DNA of 60,892 nucleotides from Bacillota bacterium (GTDB taxonomy: Bacteria; Bacillota; Clostridia; Oscillospirales; CAG-272), in the NCBI GenBank assembly GCA_029219205.1, contig JAQXSY010000143.1, positions 1-60,892 of the forward strand, given 5' to 3'. Every line of letters begins with the position of its first letter. Positions within the stretch are counted from its first letter, which is position 1. Positions 56,708 to 60,892 of the stretch are shown in pieces. A program made the position numbers and the translations under genes. A model generated the notes under the pieces. That model ran no database searches. It was not told the DNA's origin and worked only from the letters and a program-made list of their open reading frames with translations.

Positions 56708-57130
56708 TCAGAAAATCACTTTTACGCTGAACCGTTCTCCGCATTTGGGACATTTTACAGTATGTTCGCCGCGTTTGACGGGAAGCCGCAGCACAGCGCC
56801 GCAATGGCTGCACTTGCGGTATCTCGCTGTTCTTATGTCGCGCAGGCGTCTGTACATCAGCTTGAACCATGCCGCAACCGGATTCCATATTCGCATAAAA
56901 GCAGCGTTTTCACGCCGGCGTTTTGCCAAATCCCTTGAAAAAATTCTGAAAACCGCAAAAACAATCGCCGCCGCCTGGATAACCGACACGCAAAGGCGCG
57001 GCAGCGACCGGCGTACGAACAAAAGCGAAAAAGTCAGCGCGGCATACAAGATAAGCAAAAAAATGTTCAGCTGATCCGAACCGTATCTTCCGTATAAGAA
57101 TCTGTCAAGTTTTTCTTTAAATTTCTTCAT
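56708..57130 (-). CDS. membrane protein with C-terminal zinc ribbon
   Basis: 140 aa with two hydrophobic helices, then CSHCGAVLRLP...CPKCGERF. It is the first gene of the operon, with a 4-nt gap to the next ORF. Confidence 0.6.
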   Translation of the reverse strand: MKKFKEKLDRFLYGRYGSDQLNIFLLILYAALTFSLLFVRRSLPRLCVSVIQAAAIVFAVFRIFSRDLAKRRRENAAFMRIWNPVAAWFKLMYRRLRDIRTARYRKCSHCGAVLRLPVKRGEHTVKCPKCGERFSVKVIF

Positions 57131-57155
57131 TTTAATAATCTCCGTTCCGTTATGT

Positions 57156-57184
57156 ATTTTACCATATTCACTACGACAAGTAAA
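57156..57184 (-). promoter_or_regulatory. candidate promoter of the thiol/redox operon
   Basis: The reverse complement reads TTTACT (57184-57179), 17 nt, TAAAAT (57161-57156) preceded by TGG (extended -10 like). Confidence 0.4.
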
Positions 57185-57324
57185 TAGAACCGCCGAAATT
57201 TGAACAAAATTTACTATGCCGCAGTTTTTTGTTCACTTTTTCTTAATCCTTAAACAGGCTTCGCGGAGTATACTTATTAAAAAAGAAAAAAGGAGGACGC
57301 CGCGATTTTTCGGCGGTACGTATA

Positions 57325-57588
57325 ATGAACGCAGGAAGCGGCGGACAGCGCCCGGGAATCGTCGTAATCGACGTTCACAACATGAATTGTTATCAGGCGC
57401 GGGCACTTATCGACAGCCGGCTCAAATCGGCAGGCGGCAGCGTTTACAGAATCCGCATCGTACACGGATACAACTCCGGCACCGCGCTGCGCGACATGAT
57501 ATACGAAACCTACTCAGGCAGAGTAAAGCGTATCGAAAGACGCTCAAATCCCGGCGAGACCGATCTTGTGCTCCGCGAACTAATCTGA
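57325..57588 (+). CDS. stand-alone Smr domain protein
   Basis: 87 aa. VIDVHNMNCYQARALID and RIRIVHGYNSGTALRDMI match the Smr pattern (LDLHG....A...L / IIHGKGxG.L). It lies in a different frame from the spurious N-terminal extension of the 717-aa track ORF. Confidence 0.65.
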   Translation: MNAGSGGQRPGIVVIDVHNMNCYQARALIDSRLKSAGGSVYRIRIVHGYNSGTALRDMIYETYSGRVKRIERRSNPGETDLVLRELI

Positions 57589-57647
57589 GCGCTCCGTTTT
57601 TTAACCATTTCCCGAAAAAAATTATTTATTCGAAAGGAACACTAAAT

Positions 57648-59369
57648 ATGACTACCTGTGCACAAAAAAACGAACGAATTAAGCTTGCCGAACAACGTTC
57701 AACGCGTTACCGTATAGTTATACGCCGCGGCTGTCCGATCTCGCTCGTGCATGCGGCGGAAGAGCTGCGCGTTTACCTGAACAGAATTACGGGCGCTCCT
57801 TTTTCCATAGTCTGCGACGATGCAAAGGAAACAGAATTCGAAATTCTCGTCGGAAAAAGTTCGCGTTTTAACGAAAACGATTACGGAATTGATTTTCAGG
57901 CGCTCGGAGAGGACGCATACAGGATTCTGACCTCAGGAACAAAGCTCATTATTGCCGGAAGCGATATGCGCGGCTGTCTGAACGGCGTTTACAGCTTTCT
58001 CGAAGACTTCTGCGGCTGCCGCTTCTTCTGCGAGGACGAAATACACGTTCCAAAAAGAGATAATTTCTTCCTTCCCGACATCGACGAAACCTCCGCTCCC
58101 GCGTTTGAATACCGCGATTCATATTTCCTCCCATACAACGACCACGAAAACCAGTCCCGTCTGCGCTGCAACAGCTTCACCCTCGGAGAGCTCTACGGAT
58201 GGGGAATAATCTTCAAGCCGTTTGTACACACCTTCAATCAGATCATTCCGCCGACAGACGAAAACTTCGCCGCTCATCCCGAATATTTCTCGGAGCTTAA
58301 CGGAAAGCGCACAAAGGACTGGTCCCAGCTTTGTCTTTCAAATCCCGAGGTGCTTGAAATTGCAAAGAAAAAGGTGCGCGAATGGATCAGGGAAAATCCG
58401 GAAACCCGCGTCGTCTCGGTTTCGCAGAACGACTGGGCAAACGGCTGCACCTGCGAAAAATGCCGCGAGATCGACGAATACGAGGGCAGCCAGTCGGGTA
58501 CGCTCATTCGGTTCATTAACGCCATAGCGGATTCCATAAAGGACGAATTTCCGGATGTTTCGATCGACACGCTTTCATATCTGCATACCGATAAACCGCC
58601 GGCTCACGTACGTCCGCGCCCGAATGTAATCGTCCGCCTTGCTCCGCTCGGAATGTGCACGTCTCACCCGATTGAGGACTGCGACTGCGACTACTGCGTC
58701 AAGCTCAGAGAAAAAATCCAAAACTGGGCGGCAATCTGCGACCGGCTGTACATCTGGGACTACACCGTCAATTTCCATCATACACTGGCGCCCTACCCCA
58801 ATTTCCACGTTCTTCAGCCCAATATACGCTACTATCTTAAAAACAACGTACGCGGCATCTTCTCCGAGGGCAACAACTCCCCCAGACTCGGCGGCGAATT
58901 CAACAACCTGAAGCAGTACATAATCGCACATCTTATGTGGGATCCCGATTTTGACGTTGATCACGGCGTACGCGAATTTATCAACGCATATTACCGCTGT
59001 GCCGCCGCCGACGTATACGATTATTTCAAGCTGATTCATACCCTCAACTTCCCGGACGTACACCGCCGCGTAGGAAGTCTTCCGGCAGAGTCGTACGATT
59101 TCCCGGAGGTTTGGGAAAAAGCCGATAAAATTCTTACGCGCGCGGAAAGACTTGCCGACGACGCGGTTACGCTTGAACGAGTACGCCGTCTGCACCTCTC
59201 AACGCGTTACGTTGTGCTTGCTTTCACGCCTGCGGACACGGAAGGAAGAAGAGAAGCTGCCGAGGAATTCATCGCCGACTGCAAGCAGCTCGGAATAACG
59301 TCTTTGCGCGAAGGAGTGCCGTTTGAAACGTCCGAGAAAGCATTCCTTGCCGGAGAAATTCTTAACTGA
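57648..59369 (+). CDS. DUF4838 domain protein (glycoside hydrolase-like)
   Basis: 573 aa from ATG 57648. It has RYRIVI...AAEELRVYLNRITGA, GVYSFLEDFCGCRFF, the Cys cluster NGCTCEKCREIDEYEGSQSG and LMWDPD, typical of DUF4838 proteins. Confidence 0.7.
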   Translation: MTTCAQKNERIKLAEQRSTRYRIVIRRGCPISLVHAAEELRVYLNRITGAPFSIVCDDAKETEFEILVGKSSRFNENDYGIDFQALGEDAYRILTSGTKLIIAGSDMRGCLNGVYSFLEDFCGCRFFCEDEIHVPKRDNFFLPDIDETSAPAFEYRDSYFLPYNDHENQSRLRCNSFTLGELYGWGIIFKPFVHTFNQIIPPTDENFAAHPEYFSELNGKRTKDWSQLCLSNPEVLEIAKKKVREWIRENPETRVVSVSQNDWANGCTCEKCREIDEYEGSQSGTLIRFINAIADSIKDEFPDVSIDTLSYLHTDKPPAHVRPRPNVIVRLAPLGMCTSHPIEDCDCDYCVKLREKIQNWAAICDRLYIWDYTVNFHHTLAPYPNFHVLQPNIRYYLKNNVRGIFSEGNNSPRLGGEFNNLKQYIIAHLMWDPDFDVDHGVREFINAYYRCAAADVYDYFKLIHTLNFPDVHRRVGSLPAESYDFPEVWEKADKILTRAERLADDAVTLERVRRLHLSTRYVVLAFTPADTEGRREAAEEFIADCKQLGITSLREGVPFETSEKAFLAGEILN

Positions 59370-59400
59370 AAGGCAAGAGCTGCGCAAAGGGGCGTAACGT

Positions 59401-60132
59401 ATGACCGATATACACAATCATATTCTTTACGGCGTAGACGACGGATCTCCTTCGCTCGGAGTGTCGCTCGAAATGGCTGAGCTTGCACTTGCCTCCGGAG
59501 TCAAAACCGTGGTCGCAACGCCTCATTTTCGATGCCGCGCCGACAGCGCGAAGGCTGAGTGTGAAAAATACGCGGCTGCGTATGCGGAACTTTGCAAAGC
59601 GCTAAAAAAATCTCAGATTCCCCTGAGACTGCTTCCGGGTGCCGAAGTACTGTGCTTCGACGAAACTCCGCTGCTTGCCTCAAAGGGACTGATTCCGACT
59701 CTTGCTAACTCCCGATATATACTCGTTGAATTCTTTTTCGACGAATCAGCCGATTTTATCGATACGTCGCTCGACAGGCTATACTCATACGGATTCATAC
59801 CGGTAATCGCTCATCCGGAACGCTACGAAGCCGTCTGGAACAATCCGGAACTCGTTTTGCGGTGGTTCAGGTCGGGTTATGTTATTCAGGTAAATAAAGG
59901 CAGCGTTCTGGGCCGTTTCGGAAGGCGCGCAGAACGCAGATCACACAATATGCTTGACGCCGGACTTGTTCACATAATCGCGACCGACGCTCACGGCTCG
60001 TCCGAGCGCACGCCGGATATGACCGAGCTTTGCGGTTTAATTATCGACCGCTACGGCGAGGACTGCCTTCGGCTTGTAACAAGCGAAAATCCCGGCAGAC
60101 TCGTACGCGACCTGCCCATGGTTCCCGCGTAA
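59401..60132 (+). CDS. PHP-family protein-tyrosine phosphatase (CpsB/YwqE type)
   Basis: MTDIHNHILYGVDDGS N-terminus, plus the AHPERY and IATDAHG motifs. Confidence 0.85.
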   Translation: MTDIHNHILYGVDDGSPSLGVSLEMAELALASGVKTVVATPHFRCRADSAKAECEKYAAAYAELCKALKKSQIPLRLLPGAEVLCFDETPLLASKGLIPTLANSRYILVEFFFDESADFIDTSLDRLYSYGFIPVIAHPERYEAVWNNPELVLRWFRSGYVIQVNKGSVLGRFGRRAERRSHNMLDAGLVHIIATDAHGSSERTPDMTELCGLIIDRYGEDCLRLVTSENPGRLVRDLPMVPA

Positions 60133-60194
60133 TCTTGACAAACCCGCAAATCGGTTGTATAATTTGTTTATAAAACAGGCGGAGGGTAAATAGC

Positions 60195-60668
60195 GTGAAG
60201 CATATCGTTGACGCAGAGCAGTATCTTGACGCAGTCTGCGATATTATAAATTCCGGCGAAGCCTCGGTCGGTATCCCGGTCAAGGGTACGAGCATGCTCC
60301 CGTTTTTAAACGACGGCGACACGGTTATGCTCAGTAAAGCCGATCCTCCGTTCACAAAGGGTGATATCCTGCTTTTCAGACGCAAAAACGGACAGTATGT
60401 GCTGCACCGCGTCGTTTCAGCCGACAAAAACGGCGGCTATGTCCTGCTTGGCGACGCTCAGCGTCGGAATATGGCTGAAACAGTTATGCCCGACCGCGTC
60501 GCGGCAAAGGCTGTCCGCGCCGTACGAAACGGAAAAACAGTCTCTCCGGACAGCGTGTCCTGGAAATTCTACGCAGGCGTATGGTGCCGCATCATTTTGC
60601 TGCGGCAAATACTCTTACGCATCGCTTCTGCTGTTAATAAACTGAAATTATTTCGGAGATTATCGTGA
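60195..60668 (+). CDS. S24/S26 family (signal peptidase I / LexA-like) serine peptidase
   Basis: GTG start. The GTSMLPFLNDGDTV nucleophile motif and the later LGD...N... region. Confidence 0.6.
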   Translation: MKHIVDAEQYLDAVCDIINSGEASVGIPVKGTSMLPFLNDGDTVMLSKADPPFTKGDILLFRRKNGQYVLHRVVSADKNGGYVLLGDAQRRNMAETVMPDRVAAKAVRAVRNGKTVSPDSVSWKFYAGVWCRIILLRQILLRIASAVNKLKLFRRLS

Positions 60669-60892
60669 AAACAGAAAAAAATCCGGACTCAGGCAAAAGA
60701 AAAACGCTGATTATAATTCTGTGTTTGCTGCTTGCACTGATAATAACAACAATCGGCGCGTGTTTTGTTACGGCAAAATATTATCTAAACAAGATTAACC
60801 GCGTCGACCCGAACGAATCCACAATACCTCCCGAACACGAAGATTTTGAAACCGACGAGCCACCGTACAACGACTCCGAGCAGGAAACAACT
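60665..60892 (+). CDS. N-terminal fragment of a probable LCP (LytR-CpsA-Psr) family protein; continues beyond the window
   Basis: GTG at 60665 overlaps the upstream stop (GTGA). The frame is open for all 76 codons to the window end. It encodes a basic N-terminus, a single TM helix (LIIILCLLLALIITTIGACFV) and YYLNKINRVD, typical of LCP N-termini, next to a CpsB-type phosphatase. Confidence 0.45.
   Translation, partial: MKTEKNPDSGKRKTLIIILCLLLALIITTIGACFVTAKYYLNKINRVDPNESTIPPEHEDFETDEPPYNDSEQETT

Noticed and set aside
57216-57647. N-terminal 144 codons of the 717-aa track ORF (57216..59369)
   Set aside because: This part is Arg/Pro-rich, low-complexity-looking sequence. It overlaps the well-formed Smr-domain ORF (57325..57588) in another frame. 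The DUF4838-like homology starts at the internal ATG 57648, so the extension is treated as read-through of an open frame.
1-60892. CRISPR arrays, rRNA genes, canonical tRNAs, IS transposases, restriction-modification, toxin-antitoxin or other known defence modules
   Set aside because: I scanned the intergenic regions and the ORF translations by eye. I saw no regularly spaced direct repeats, no rRNA or tRNA signatures other than the tRNA-like element, and no Cas, transposase, REase or DNA-methyltransferase motifs. The only methyltransferase (48472..49635) has a generic class I fold without DNA-MTase motifs (no DPPY/NPPY or PC motif seen).

Overview
Chromosomal window from a spore-forming Firmicute of the Clostridia type. 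This is inferred only from gene content: PolC, Rex, SpoIVA, YlmC/YmxH, and HisZ with a short-form HisG. I call about 60 protein genes.

Housekeeping blocks:
- A complete, tightly overlapping histidine operon, hisZGDCBHAFIE, on the minus strand (16.8-24.3 kb).
- The classic Firmicute block rpsB-tsf-pyrH-frr-uppS-cdsA-dxr-rseP-ispG-polC on the minus strand (24.5-37.1 kb).
- spoIVA and pepD.
- purH.
- rpsF-ssb-rpsR.

Two known cis-regulatory RNA classes are recognisable by eye: a T-box leader upstream of a sodium:solute symporter, and a ZTP (pfl) riboswitch upstream of purH.

Less ordinary parts:
1. A sugar-metabolism-flavoured segment at 5.7-16.75 kb. It holds tandem Gfo/Idh/MocA paralogs, a nucleotidyltransferase, an unassigned 765-aa protein, a PfkB kinase and an iron-sulfur flavoprotein. 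It ends in an intact large serine recombinase next to the 3' end of the his operon, and near-identical hairpins sit at both edges.
2. An unassigned, promoter-to-terminator structured RNA of about 300 nt on the minus strand at 7.1-7.4 kb. It contains a tRNA-like cloverleaf.
3. A five-ORF, translationally coupled thiol/redox operon at 54.4-57.1 kb: Zn-ribbon membrane protein, TlpA-like thioredoxin lipoprotein, a 48-aa CXXC micro-ORF missing from the supplied ORF track, a NapH-like 4Fe-4S membrane protein, and an ABC ATPase with no permease.
4. A 1291-aa membrane-anchored protein with an internally duplicated module.

I saw no CRISPR array, rRNA, canonical tRNA, transposase or recognisable defence genes.

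CDS coordinates follow the supplied ORF track, with several starts moved inward on RBS or homology grounds. Coordinates of RNA elements, promoters and hairpins were counted by hand and may be off by 1-2 nt. All family assignments come from motif recognition, not database searches.
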